This document shows, piece by piece, positions 19,223-28,503 of a stretch of DNA of 64,000 bases (position 1 is the stretch's first letter; each line of letters opens with the position of its first letter). Made by a program: the position numbers and the translations under genes. This stretch comes from a virus (Duplodnaviria; Caudoviricetes), in the IMG/VR virus record IMGVR_UViG_3300042973_000021, positions 1 through 64,000 of that record. One strand, written 5' to 3'. The notes beneath the pieces are model-generated. The model was not told the DNA's origin. It worked only from the letters and a program-made list of their open reading frames with translations, and did no database searches.

Positions 19223-19969
19223 TTAGTGGCTGAGAAGCGACAGCCGCTTCTCAAGGTCTGCGGCCTTCACGGTCGCTGTTTTCTTTTCACCTTTGCGTTT
19301 CGGTATCAGCTTTGAGAGCAGGGAGTCGGTGACAGCTTTCCGGGAGAAAAGCATCTCAATTTCCGTATCGTCGTCAGGCTCCTTGATGTCGTCGCTATCC
19401 GGCTCTGCGCCGTCTGCGAACAGTATCTCGTCGGCGAATCCCAGCTTCTTGGCTTCCTTCGCGTTCATCCAGGTCTCAGCGTCCATGAGCTTGCTGATCT
19501 TGTTCCGGGACAGTCCGGACTTGATCTCATAGGCGTTCATGATCGACTCCTTAACCTCGGAGAGCATGTCGATGGCCTTCTGCATTTCTTCCGAATCGCC
19601 GATCGCGATGGTCGCGGGATTATGCACCATCAGCATCGCGACAGGGCTCATGCAGACCTTGGTTCCGGCCATTGCGATAACGCTTGCCGCCGATGCAGCG
19701 AGCGCGTCAATCTTGACGGTCACGTCATACGGGTAGTCCATCAGCATGTTGTAGATCTGCGCCGCCGCAAAGACGTCGCCGCCGGGACTGTTGATCCAGA
19801 GCGTGATGTTGCCTTCGCCGGAGTTCAGCTCGTCCTTGAATGCCTGCGGCGTAATTTCGTCGCCGTACCAGGTTTCATCGGATATTTCCCCGTCGAGGTA
19901 GAGCGTTCGGTCTGAACCGAAGCTGTCCGGCGTTTCGTTTCTGGTCCATCGCCAGAATTTTCTTGTCAT
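19223..19969 (-). CDS. ClpP-like head maturation protease
   Basis: INSPGGDV, AASAAS, MVHNP and ETWM motifs. Confidence 0.92.
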   Translation of the reverse strand: MTRKFWRWTRNETPDSFGSDRTLYLDGEISDETWYGDEITPQAFKDELNSGEGNITLWINSPGGDVFAAAQIYNMLMDYPYDVTVKIDALAASAASVIAMAGTKVCMSPVAMLMVHNPATIAIGDSEEMQKAIDMLSEVKESIMNAYEIKSGLSRNKISKLMDAETWMNAKEAKKLGFADEILFADGAEPDSDDIKEPDDDTEIEMLFSRKAVTDSLLSKLIPKRKGEKKTATVKAADLEKRLSLLSH

Positions 19970-21306
19970 AGGGACTTCCTCCTTTCCCGGAGCCGATTAT
20001 CAGACTCCGATTGTTCCTGTGATTCTGTCTGTTCTTCCTGCGTTTCATCAGGCTGTTCCTCCGTTTCTGTTGAAGCTGATGCTGCGAAGATTCCGGCATC
20101 CTCGAGCTTGGTCATGTTGCCGTTGATGAGATACAGGTCGCCGCCCTTGTTCTCCGGAATGCGGTCGAGATTTTCAAGCTCGCGTATGTCGTTTGCCGAC
20201 ATCCATCCGTTCTGCCTTGCAGTGGCGTAGCCGTTCATGCGGCTCTGATAGTCGCCTCTGAGCAGACCGTCCACGTTGAACTTGAAGAAGTAGTCCTTCT
20301 TCTCCTCGGGACGGAGCAGTGCTCTGCGCATCGACTGTTCCCAGCGGGATACCCACGGGTCGAGCGTGTACTTTACGAATTCCAGCGACTGCTGCTCGAT
20401 ATTCGAGTAGCTCGATTTATCGAGGTCACCGATCATGTGCGGCGGGATACGGAATATTCTCGCGATCTCGTCTATCTGGAACTTGCGCGTCTCAAGGAAC
20501 TGCGCCTGCTCCGGGCTGATGCTGATTGGCGTGTATTTCATGCCTTCTTCGAGCACTGCGACCTTGTTGGAATTGGCAGAGCCGCCGAAGGCTGAGTTCC
20601 AGCTTTCACGGACTCGCTCCGGATCTTTGACCACGCCGGGATGCTCCAGAATGCCGCCCGGCGTCGCGCCATTGGCAAAGAACTTACTGCCGTACTCCTC
20701 GGTGGCAATGGCAAGCCCTATGGCGTTCTTGGCCATCGCAATCGGCGAGTAGCCGACTAAGCCGTCGAAGCCGAGACCGGGAATATGCAGCACATCCATC
20801 GGAGACAGCCTTACCAGACTGCCGTTCATCGTGTGCGCCTCATCGGTCGAGGTCTGGTATTCGTAATAAAGCTGGCCGTTTTCGTCGCGGTCGACCGTCA
20901 TGCGGTTTGGCATCAGCGGGTAGAGAGCCACGACTTCGCCTTTGCCGTTGCGGATGATCTGCGCGTAGGCATTGCCCCAGAGGAGCAGGTGCGTCATGAG
21001 CGTCTCGCGGAACACGAAGCTCGTCATCTCCGGATTCGGCTCGTCGTGCAGCAGCTCATAAAGCGGATGGTCAATGGCTTTCTCCTTCGAGCCGTTATCG
21101 GTGTAGCGATACAAGTGCAGCGGCAGGCCCGCGATTGCTTCCGAGAGGATTCGCACGCACGAGTAGACCGCCGTCATCTGCATGGCGGAGCGTTCCGTCA
21201 CAGCTTTGCCGGAAGTGGTGCCTCCGAAGAAGAAGCGGTAACTACTCCCGGCGGTTGAATCTTTGGGAGCGTCTCGTCCTCTGAACCATCTGTTGAAAAT
21301 GCTCAT
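19966..21306 (-). CDS. Portal protein (HK97 family)
   Basis: LLLWGNAY, GYSPI, IARIFRIPPHMIG and NIEQQ motifs. Confidence 0.95.
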   Translation of the reverse strand: MSIFNRWFRGRDAPKDSTAGSSYRFFFGGTTSGKAVTERSAMQMTAVYSCVRILSEAIAGLPLHLYRYTDNGSKEKAIDHPLYELLHDEPNPEMTSFVFRETLMTHLLLWGNAYAQIIRNGKGEVVALYPLMPNRMTVDRDENGQLYYEYQTSTDEAHTMNGSLVRLSPMDVLHIPGLGFDGLVGYSPIAMAKNAIGLAIATEEYGSKFFANGATPGGILEHPGVVKDPERVRESWNSAFGGSANSNKVAVLEEGMKYTPISISPEQAQFLETRKFQIDEIARIFRIPPHMIGDLDKSSYSNIEQQSLEFVKYTLDPWVSRWEQSMRRALLRPEEKKDYFFKFNVDGLLRGDYQSRMNGYATARQNGWMSANDIRELENLDRIPENKGGDLYLINGNMTKLEDAGIFAASASTETEEQPDETQEEQTESQEQSESDNRLRERRKSL

Positions 21307-21385
21307 ATCAAGTCCTCCATTTGATTAAGGGCCTCCCGCAGAAGCAGGAAGCCCATGATTGCTATCAAAAACATGCATTTGTACC

Positions 21386-22993
21386 TCAGATAAAAAGAAT
21401 TCCGCGGCTGTCATAGACAGAAGCGGTGTTATCATTGCCCATTCGTATTGCCCGGTCGAGCGCCATGATCGTGGCGATTGCGCCGTCGATCTTCTCCGTG
21501 GATTTCTCCTTGTCGGCCTTAATGTTGCCCGCCGGATCGGTTCGGATGAAGATGTTGTCCATCATCCAGCGGAGCACCGGATGGCCTCCATGTGCTATTC
21601 GTTTCTCCAAGACCAGCTTCATCAGCTCCTTGGTCGGCGGAGACATGTCCTTGAAGCCCTGTCCGAAGGGAACGACGGTGAAGCCCATGCCCTCGAGATT
21701 CTGCACCATCTGGACGGCTCCCCAGCGGTCGAATGCGATCTCGCGGATGTTGAACCGTTCGCCGAGGTTCTCGATGAACTTTTCGATGTATCCGTAGTGG
21801 ATGACATTGCCCTCGGTCGTTTCGAGGACGCCTTGTTTCTGCCAGAGGTCGTAGGGAACGTGATCGCGCCGGACGCGCAAATCCAATGTGCCCTCCGGCA
21901 CCCAGAAGTATGGGAGAACCACATATTTGTCGTCCTCATCCTGCGGCGGGAAGACCAGCACGAACGCTGTAATATCCGTCGTGGATGACAGGTCGAGTCC
22001 GCCGTAGCAGACGCGGCCTTCCAAATCGTCCTCATCCACCGGGAATGCGCAGGCATCCCATTTGTCCATTGGCATCCACCTGACAGACTGTTTCACCCAC
22101 TGGTTCAGGCGAAGCTGCCGGAATGCGTTCTCTTCGCCGGGATTCTGCTTTGCCGACTCACACGCGGCCTTGACCTTGTCGATGCCGACCGTGATGCCGA
22201 GGCTCGGATTGGCTTTCTTCCAGACCTTCGGGTCCGTCCAGTCCTCGGATTCATCGGCACCGAAGATAACCGGGTAGAAAGTCGGATCATGCTTGCGCCC
22301 GTTCATGATGTCAAGCGCCTTCTGGTGCTGCTCATAGCAGATCGAGTTCGTGTCGTTTCCGGCGGTCGTGATCAGGAAGAACAGCGGCTGCATCCGAGCA
22401 TCGCCGCTTCCTTTTGTCATGACGTCAAACAGCTCCCGGTTCGGCTGCGTGTGCAGCTCGTCAAAGATCACGCCATGCGTATTGAATCCGTGCTTGTTTG
22501 CGACGTCGGCGGAGAGCACCTGGTAGAAGCTGTGCGTCGGAAGGTATTCGAGCCGCTTCTGCGATTCGAGAATCTTCACGCGCTTACTGAGTGCCGGGCA
22601 GAAGCGCACCATATCGACCGCCACGTCAAAGACGATCTTTGCCTGATTCCGGTCAGCAGCACAGCCGTAGACTTCAGCGCGTTCCTCACCATCGCCGCAG
22701 GTGAGCAGCAGCGCGATTGCCGCGGCAAGCTCACTCTTGCCTTGTTTCTTTGGGATCTCCACGTAGGCGGTGTTGAATTGCCGGTAGCCGTTCTCCTTGA
22801 TCACGCCGAACAGATCGCGCACGATCTGCTCCTGCCAGTCGATCAGCTCGAACGGCTTTCCCGCCCATGTGCCTTTGGTGTGGCAGAGCTGCTCGATAAA
22901 GAGGCAGGCGTAATCAGCAAGATTCTGATCATAATGGGAGGTTTTCTCCATAAAGCGCGTGACCTTGTATTTCTTCAGCTTTCGCATTGCCAT
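21386..22993 (-). CDS. terL: Terminase large subunit
   Basis: IPKKQGKS Walker A, FDELH Walker B, GLDLSSTTD and KIDG nuclease motifs. Confidence 0.95.
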   Translation of the reverse strand: MAMRKLKKYKVTRFMEKTSHYDQNLADYACLFIEQLCHTKGTWAGKPFELIDWQEQIVRDLFGVIKENGYRQFNTAYVEIPKKQGKSELAAAIALLLTCGDGEERAEVYGCAADRNQAKIVFDVAVDMVRFCPALSKRVKILESQKRLEYLPTHSFYQVLSADVANKHGFNTHGVIFDELHTQPNRELFDVMTKGSGDARMQPLFFLITTAGNDTNSICYEQHQKALDIMNGRKHDPTFYPVIFGADESEDWTDPKVWKKANPSLGITVGIDKVKAACESAKQNPGEENAFRQLRLNQWVKQSVRWMPMDKWDACAFPVDEDDLEGRVCYGGLDLSSTTDITAFVLVFPPQDEDDKYVVLPYFWVPEGTLDLRVRRDHVPYDLWQKQGVLETTEGNVIHYGYIEKFIENLGERFNIREIAFDRWGAVQMVQNLEGMGFTVVPFGQGFKDMSPPTKELMKLVLEKRIAHGGHPVLRWMMDNIFIRTDPAGNIKADKEKSTEKIDGAIATIMALDRAIRMGNDNTASVYDSRGILFI

Positions 22994-23109
22994 GGAGCAT
23001 TCCTCCTTCCTAATGGCATAAAAATAACCGCATCGCTGCGGTTTCTATCGGTACGAGAGCGAGAGCCCGTCAAGGCTCTGCTTTCGGAATATTCAAATTC
23101 AGGTGTTGC

Positions 23110-23337
23110 TTAGTTGTACTGCTTCATGAGCACCGCGTAGGCGAGCTGGCTGGCTTCGTCCTCGGGCTCGATGTCCCATCCGCGATCGTAGTTGAGTGTT
23201 ACCTTGCCGTCGACGCGAAGCTCCATCTTGGAAATGCGTCCGCCATCGATTCCGTAGTCCTCGGAAGGTTCCGGGTAATGCTTCACCCAATATTTAACGA
23301 CCGTTCCTTCGATGAGCAGTGATCCTTTTTCCCACAT
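23110..23337 (-). CDS. Small hypothetical protein
   Basis: 75 aa, YGIDGGRISK..YDRGWD. Has its own RBS and an upstream repeated promoter motif. Confidence 0.75.
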   Translation of the reverse strand: MWEKGSLLIEGTVVKYWVKHYPEPSEDYGIDGGRISKMELRVDGKVTLNYDRGWDIEPEDEASQLAYAVLMKQYN

Positions 23338-23380
23338 TGTCTTGTCCTCCGTTTGCTCTGGTTTTCCCTTTCGGTGTGTA

Positions 23381-23414
23381 CATATATCACTCTGATCAGC
23401 TTTGATAGCAAGTC
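23381..23414 (-). promoter_or_regulatory. Repeated promoter/operator motif (CTTGCTA-N-AGAGTGATATAT)
   Basis: Related copies at 23983-24034, 25261-25312 and 3789-3823. Confidence 0.65.
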
Positions 23415-23473
23415 ATTTCGAGGAATATATGTGACAATTTTTCGGGTTAATCCGGGAGGCCGGATTGTGTAGT

Positions 23474-23941
23474 TTACAACTGGAATTCGATGCCGTTTTT
23501 GCGTTCCGGCTCTTTCGAACCGAAGCGGTGGTCGTCGGCTCTCGTGACTGTCTTGAGCCCGGTCATCTTGCAGCCGAGGCTTGTCAGTCCGTAGATGCCG
23601 TCCATCAGGCCGGTGCTCTCATCGGTTACCACAATCGCGGTGATTCCGGCTTTGCGGAGCGTGTCAACGAAGTCGCTGAGCTCGTAATCCCAAGGGAGAT
23701 CGTCGACCTCGAATGCGTCCGCGCCGTTCCGAAGGCTCCGGTCGTATTCGCAGAGCGCCTTGTTCTGTCCGGCGGTGAAGGGGTAAGGGAACTCCTTCTT
23801 TTCGCGTTCGTCAAAGGCTTTCACGCCGTCCCAGTCGTCGGCTTCCTTCATGGCTTCGCGGTCCTTTTCGCGGATGGCCTGTGCCTCGTTGTAGGCGATT
23901 GCGGTGTCTCTCATCTGCTCGAAGTAGGTGTTCTTTTTCAT
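23474..23941 (-). CDS. Hypothetical protein
   Basis: 155 aa, GGAGG RBS, own promoter repeat. Confidence 0.75.
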   Translation of the reverse strand: MKKNTYFEQMRDTAIAYNEAQAIREKDREAMKEADDWDGVKAFDEREKKEFPYPFTAGQNKALCEYDRSLRNGADAFEVDDLPWDYELSDFVDTLRKAGITAIVVTDESTGLMDGIYGLTSLGCKMTGLKTVTRADDHRFGSKEPERKNGIEFQL

Positions 23942-23982
23942 CGTGTGTTCCTCCTGATTTTCGCTTGTTTGCTTGGTTTTCT

Positions 23983-24034
23983 GTGCCTTTCGGCATGTGT
24001 ATATATCACTCTGTTCGGCACATATAGCAAGTCA
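23983..24034 (-). promoter_or_regulatory. Repeated promoter/operator motif
   Basis: Minus strand ACTTGCTATATGTGCCGAACAGAGTGATATATACACATGCCGAAAGGCAC. Confidence 0.65.
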
Positions 24035-24072
24035 ATTTGGCCAGATAAATTGATAAATATCTGTGTCCAGAA

Positions 24073-24258
24073 TCAGGATTCTTTCGTTTCACCGGTCATG
24101 ATGAAATGCACATATTCTTTCCTGTGTTTTTCGATGAAAAGCACCAGCTCGTAGTAGTTCCGGTCAAAGGCCAGCCGCTGCACGTAGGGCAGGTCGAACA
24201 TATTGCAAAGGCCGGTGTCGCGGATCGAGAGGATCTGCTCCTTGATTTTCTCATCCAT
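24073..24258 (-). CDS. DUF5049-like small protein
   Basis: IKEQILSIRDTGLCNMFD..VQRLA..YVHFIMTG motif. Confidence 0.75.
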   Translation of the reverse strand: MDEKIKEQILSIRDTGLCNMFDLPYVQRLAFDRNYYELVLFIEKHRKEYVHFIMTGETKES

Positions 24259-24259
24259 G

Positions 24260-24484
24260 TCAGTCCACCACCTTCCGCACAATGTCTTCGCCGTAGATGA
24301 CGTTCAGTCCGCTGCCGTTGTCCCAGTGGACCAGCATGCTTCCGGTGTCGTCGATGCCGTAGACCGTGCCGCGGGTTCCGGCAGGAGGAGCCTGAATGTC
24401 GTCCATCTGGACCAGCTCCACGCGGGTACCGTTCGGATATTGTTTGTGCAGCTGTTCGAGCTGTTCCGGTCTGATCATCCTCAT
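24260..24484 (-). CDS. DUF4314-like small protein
   Basis: YPNGTRVEL..MDD..PPAGTRGTV..IDDTG..WDNGS motif. Confidence 0.8.
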   Translation of the reverse strand: MRMIRPEQLEQLHKQYPNGTRVELVQMDDIQAPPAGTRGTVYGIDDTGSMLVHWDNGSGLNVIYGEDIVRKVVD

Positions 24485-25218
24485 CCCTGCACCTCCTCGG
24501 TAGCTTCCTCAGTGGTTTCCTTCTTGGGTGCGCCGTTCTTCCAGCTGGAGTTGCCCTCGAGGTTCCGGAGCAGGATCTTGCGTTCCTGCTTGTATTCCGC
24601 GCCGATGAATCCGAGGCGGAGGAGGAAGCAGCGGAATGCGTATTTCTCGTTGGCGACCGGCGTCTCGGTGCTACTTGCTCTTTTCAGTTCCTTGGAGAGC
24701 TTGCAGAGCTGGGCGATGAACATCGTGTAGGCTCTGGTTTCGTCCGGTGTCGGCAGTTCCGGGAACCATGGGAATGCGATGCGGTCTTCCTTGATTTCGA
24801 ACCGCAGGTCGTCAATCCCGAGTGCCTTCTTGATCAGGCTGCCTTTGGCTTCGAGAATGTTGGTCAGCGTTCCGACCGCGACCTTGTCGAGCGGAATCTC
24901 GACCGTCAGGCCAGTTTCCTCGGCCTCTGGCGCGGTTTCGTCTGCCTCTGCGGGTTCTTCCTTGGCTTCCGATTCCGCTGTTTCCTGTGACTCCGGTTCG
25001 AATCCCGCGTCTGCGATGGCTTCGAGAACCGTCTCGACTTCCTCGCTGTCCGCCATGTCGTCGAACTCGAGTGCACCGTCCTTGGTGACGGTGAAGTAGT
25101 CGATCTGGTAATTGCAGGTCGGCATCTTCATGTACTCGGCCTTCGCGCCGGTAGTATCGGCGATAACCCTGACCAGTTCCTTCCTTTGTGCTCCTGTTAC
25201 GTTGTAGTTGATTCGCAT
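24481..25218 (-). CDS. Conserved prophage protein (often labelled 'virulence-related protein')
   Basis: NEKYAFRCFLLRLGFIGAEYK..RKILLRNLEGNSSW motif. Confidence 0.75.
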   Translation of the reverse strand: MRINYNVTGAQRKELVRVIADTTGAKAEYMKMPTCNYQIDYFTVTKDGALEFDDMADSEEVETVLEAIADAGFEPESQETAESEAKEEPAEADETAPEAEETGLTVEIPLDKVAVGTLTNILEAKGSLIKKALGIDDLRFEIKEDRIAFPWFPELPTPDETRAYTMFIAQLCKLSKELKRASSTETPVANEKYAFRCFLLRLGFIGAEYKQERKILLRNLEGNSSWKNGAPKKETTEEATEEVQG

Positions 25219-25260
25219 GTGTTTTACCTCCGTTTAATGTGGTTTTCTGCCGTAGGTCCT

Positions 25261-25312
25261 GTGCCTTTCGGCATGTCTATACATCACTCTGAACGGCTGT
25301 AATAGCAAGCGA
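25261..25312 (-). promoter_or_regulatory. Repeated promoter/operator motif
   Basis: Minus strand GCTTGCTATTACAGCCGTTCAGAGTGATGTATAGACATGCCGAAAGGCAC. Confidence 0.65.
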
Positions 25313-25384
25313 ATAAGCGATATTTCTCAGGTAGAAATTCTTCCGATTATGCGGGCTTAAAACTGTGCTTAGTACACAAAGGAA

Positions 25385-26644
25385 TCATTTGCCGTCGGGC
25401 AGCTCGACCTCCTTAACAAGGTCGGAATAGAGGAGCTTTTTGCCGTCGCGTATGACATACACATTTTCGGAATCGCCGGTATCCTCGACGTAGCGCCGGA
25501 GGATGACGGAGGCGTATTTCGGATCAAGCTCACACATGTAGCAGGTGCGGTTCAGCTGCTCACAGGCCATAAGTGTCGAGCCAGAGCCGCCGAAGGTGTC
25601 GATGATGATGGCGTTCTCCTGCGTTGAGTTCTGGATCGGATAGCCGAGCAGATCCAGTGGCTTGCTTGTCGGATGGTCATTGTTGCGCTTTGGCTTGTCG
25701 AAATTCCATATGGTAGTTTCGGCGCGTCCGGCGTACCATGGGTGCTTGCCGTTCTGGAGGAATCCGTAGAGCACGGGCTCGTGCTGCCACTGGTAGTCCG
25801 AGCGACCGAGCACGAGGCTGTTCTTTACCCAGATACACACACCGGCAAGGTGAAAGCCTGCGTCGACGAACGCCCGGCGGAATGTCAGGCCCTCGGTGTC
25901 GGCGTGGAAGCAGTAGGCCGCGCCGCCTTTTTCGAGGTGATCGGCCATGTTCTTGAATGCCGCGAGCAGGAAATTGTAGAATTCCTCGCCCTTGAGACTG
26001 TCGTTCTGGATGGTGAGTCCGTCGGATGCTTTGAAGGAGACGCCATAAGGCGGGTCCGTCAGTACGAGGTTGGCGCGTTTGCCGTCCATGAGTGTATCTA
26101 CATCTTTCGGATTTGTGGCATCGCCGCACAGCAGCCTGTGCCTGCCGACTGTCCAGAGATCTCCGGTCTCCACGAAGGAGGCCTTCTCCAGTGCAGCGGT
26201 CAGATCGAAGTCGTCATCCTCGACGTCCTTATCGGATTCTCCGTTCAGCAGCTTCTCCAGCTCCTTGTCGTCAAAGCCGAGCAGAGACAGATCAAATGCG
26301 TTCTCCTGAAGATCCGCCAGTTCGACGGACAGCATTTCTTCGTCCCATCCGGCGTTGAGCGCCAGCTGATTGTCAGCGAGGATGTAGGCGCGTTTCTGCG
26401 CGTCGGTCAGATCCTCGGCGAATACACAGGGAACGGTTTTGTAGCCTTCCTCGCGGGCGGCAGCGATTCTGCCGTGGCCGACGAGGATGTTGTAGTTGTT
26501 ATCAATCACAGCAGGAGAAACGAATCCGAACTCCCGGAGGGAGGAGCGTAGCTGTGCAATCTGTTCTTTACTATGTGTCCGGGCATTCCGGGCGTAAGGC
26601 ACCAGCTTGTCGATTGGCACCTGTTCAAGTCTTTGCGTGTTCAT
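25385..26644 (-). CDS. ParB-like domain + N4/N6 DNA methyltransferase
   Basis: PYARNARTH..GHGR ParB domain. TDPPY, HPTSKP and DTFGGSGST MTase motifs. Confidence 0.92.
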   Translation of the reverse strand: MNTQRLEQVPIDKLVPYARNARTHSKEQIAQLRSSLREFGFVSPAVIDNNYNILVGHGRIAAAREEGYKTVPCVFAEDLTDAQKRAYILADNQLALNAGWDEEMLSVELADLQENAFDLSLLGFDDKELEKLLNGESDKDVEDDDFDLTAALEKASFVETGDLWTVGRHRLLCGDATNPKDVDTLMDGKRANLVLTDPPYGVSFKASDGLTIQNDSLKGEEFYNFLLAAFKNMADHLEKGGAAYCFHADTEGLTFRRAFVDAGFHLAGVCIWVKNSLVLGRSDYQWQHEPVLYGFLQNGKHPWYAGRAETTIWNFDKPKRNNDHPTSKPLDLLGYPIQNSTQENAIIIDTFGGSGSTLMACEQLNRTCYMCELDPKYASVILRRYVEDTGDSENVYVIRDGKKLLYSDLVKEVELPDGK

Positions 26645-27196
26645 TTACATTCCCTTTCTCGCTCTCAGCAGGCGTTCCATCACGTCGTCCTGCGGATTCG
26701 TGCCGCCGTACTCTGCGGAGCAGTTTTCTTTCACGATCTGGAAGATCTCGTCCCACAGGCGGTTTGCCTGATTCATGTAGTTGATTCCGATGTTGATGAA
26801 CGGCGACGGGATAGGCTTCCCGGTTGTCGGATGCTTGGAGAGGTATCCGAGCTTGGTCGTCATTTCTTCGCACTGAATCCATCTCGCCGAGCACATCGCG
26901 TAGCGCTCCAGCAGCTGAGGCGACACGGCCTTGGCTACGCCGAGCTTGTCAAGCCATTCCCAGGTCTCGCGGTAGATGTCGGCGGCCTCCAGAGTGGAGC
27001 CGTCATGCTGCCGGGCCGATAAGAACTCGTGCGGCTCCGGCATGTCCTCGCCCTCGGTGTCCGGGATGTCGAGCACCTCGAGCTTTCGTCCGCCCGGATT
27101 CCCGTTCTCGTACTTCTCCTTGACGGCGGTTTTCTTCCGGCCAGCGCCGGGACGTCTGCCGCCGCGACCGCCAGTGTTATTCGATTTTGTGGGCAT
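26645..27196 (-). CDS. terS: Terminase small subunit (P27-like)
   Basis: RGGRRPGAGRK N-terminus, HPTTG..SPF and DDVMERLL motifs. Downstream of HNH. Confidence 0.8.
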   Translation of the reverse strand: MPTKSNNTGGRGGRRPGAGRKKTAVKEKYENGNPGGRKLEVLDIPDTEGEDMPEPHEFLSARQHDGSTLEAADIYRETWEWLDKLGVAKAVSPQLLERYAMCSARWIQCEEMTTKLGYLSKHPTTGKPIPSPFINIGINYMNQANRLWDEIFQIVKENCSAEYGGTNPQDDVMERLLRARKGM

Positions 27197-27239
27197 TTCG
27201 TCACCGCCTTTCTCTCATGTACGCGCGTAATAGATAAGG

Positions 27240-27340
27240 AGCCGGGTTATTACCCGTTTGATTTCGCTTTTTTCGCACAGAAGACCCCGCGCCGTTTTCC
27301 GGGAGGCCGTCTCGTAGAGATTTCGACCGTCCCTACCGGT
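27240..27340 (-). other. Putative cos/packaging region
   Basis: Non-coding GC-rich stretch between HNH and terS, the usual cos position in HK97-like phages. Exact cut site not determinable. Confidence 0.45.
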
Positions 27341-27686
27341 CGCCGCGTTCACGGTGGATCTTCTCGTGACACGACCTGCAGAGGCTCATGAGGTTCGACT
27401 CGTCGTTCGTGCCGCCCTCGGAGAGCGGAACGATGTGGTGGACTTCCTCGACCGCAACGTACCGTCCCTGCTTAAGGCACATCTCGCACAAGGGATGCTT
27501 GTGGATGTAGCGCGTGCGGATGCGGGTCCAGGCTCGTCCGTAGCGTTTGCCTGTGGAGTAGCCGCGGGTGAACGTCTCGTAGTGCTTCTCCATCAGAGCC
27601 TTGTGCTCCGGGCAGTACTGTTCGCCGTCCTCGCAGAGGTTCGGGCATCCGGGATAGCGGCAGGGCCGCTTGGGTTTCATTGGCAT
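27333..27686 (-). CDS. HNH endonuclease (terminase-associated)
   Basis: HPLCEMC..VHHIVPLSEGGT..NLMSLCRSCH motif. Confidence 0.92.
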   Translation of the reverse strand: MPMKPKRPCRYPGCPNLCEDGEQYCPEHKALMEKHYETFTRGYSTGKRYGRAWTRIRTRYIHKHPLCEMCLKQGRYVAVEEVHHIVPLSEGGTNDESNLMSLCRSCHEKIHRERGDR

Positions 27687-27784
27687 AAGCGCCGCCTCCT
27701 TTGTTGCATAGAAAAAGCCCTGCGGCGGGATACCCACAAGGCTTGTGTTCAGCCGTCATCCGGCTGTTCTTTATTCTGTTTCGC

Positions 27785-27850
27785 TGATTATATACTAACA
27801 TAAATGCCGGGTGGGCATGTTAGGACAAAGCAGGACATTTCGGGCGCATT
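27785..27850 (-). promoter_or_regulatory. Putative late promoter with activator-binding repeats
   Basis: Minus-strand TATAAT (plus strand attata near 27787) without a good -35, preceded by AGGACA repeats at the 3' end of the RinA-like gene. Confidence 0.45.
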
Positions 27851-28279
27851 TCATATAATGATAGGATTCTTCGGTACCGTTACATGCTGCAGGGCGTTGC
27901 CGTGCCATCTGCGGATTGTCCGTGCGTCGGCATTCAGCTCGCATCCAATCTGTTCCCATGTCATATTGTGGATGTATCGGTACTTTAGAACCATCCGCTC
28001 ATCCATGTCGTCGACAGCTCCTATCACATCCCGGATCTGTTCCTTCAGTGAAGACAACATTTCGAGCTCCTTCGATATCTTGTTTTCAAGCTCCCACAGC
28101 TTTTCAAGTGACTTCATGAACGGCGCGTCCGTGTTTCTTGTCCCCTGAACACGCTCACGGTCATATCTGATAGATGAAACACTTCCTGCCATCTCACGCA
28201 GGTACTTTGCTTCCTCAATATCGGAGGCGATTCTCTGGTCGAGCCTGTAGGACTGTCGTAGATATTCCTTTGCGTTCAT
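27851..28279 (-). CDS. RinA/ArpU-like late transcriptional activator (DUF1492-like)
   Basis: MNAKEYLRQ start and LKYRYI..TWEQIG..ARTIRRWHGNAL HTH. Confidence 0.8.
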   Translation of the reverse strand: MNAKEYLRQSYRLDQRIASDIEEAKYLREMAGSVSSIRYDRERVQGTRNTDAPFMKSLEKLWELENKISKELEMLSSLKEQIRDVIGAVDDMDERMVLKYRYIHNMTWEQIGCELNADARTIRRWHGNALQHVTVPKNPIII

Positions 28280-28503
28280 TTATTCTTCACCTCCTCACGT
28301 AGACGATCAATCAGGTAATTGCCGTCGACCGACGTCAAGCATCCGTACCACTGCGAATGGAAGAACCGCTCCAGTTCAAGCGCGTCCTGCATTGCCGCTT
28401 TATTCCGCGGATTTTTCTTAATCTTCCGAAGCACTGTCAGATAATCTCTCGCGGCGGATTTGATGATAGCTATGGCCAGATTCTCATACGGATCACCCAT
28501 CAC
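28276..28503 (-). CDS. Conserved hypothetical phage protein
   Basis: YENLAIAIIKSAARDY..ERFFHSQWY motif. Coupled to both neighbours. Confidence 0.75.
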   Translation of the reverse strand: MMGDPYENLAIAIIKSAARDYLTVLRKIKKNPRNKAAMQDALELERFFHSQWYGCLTSVDGNYLIDRLREEVKNK

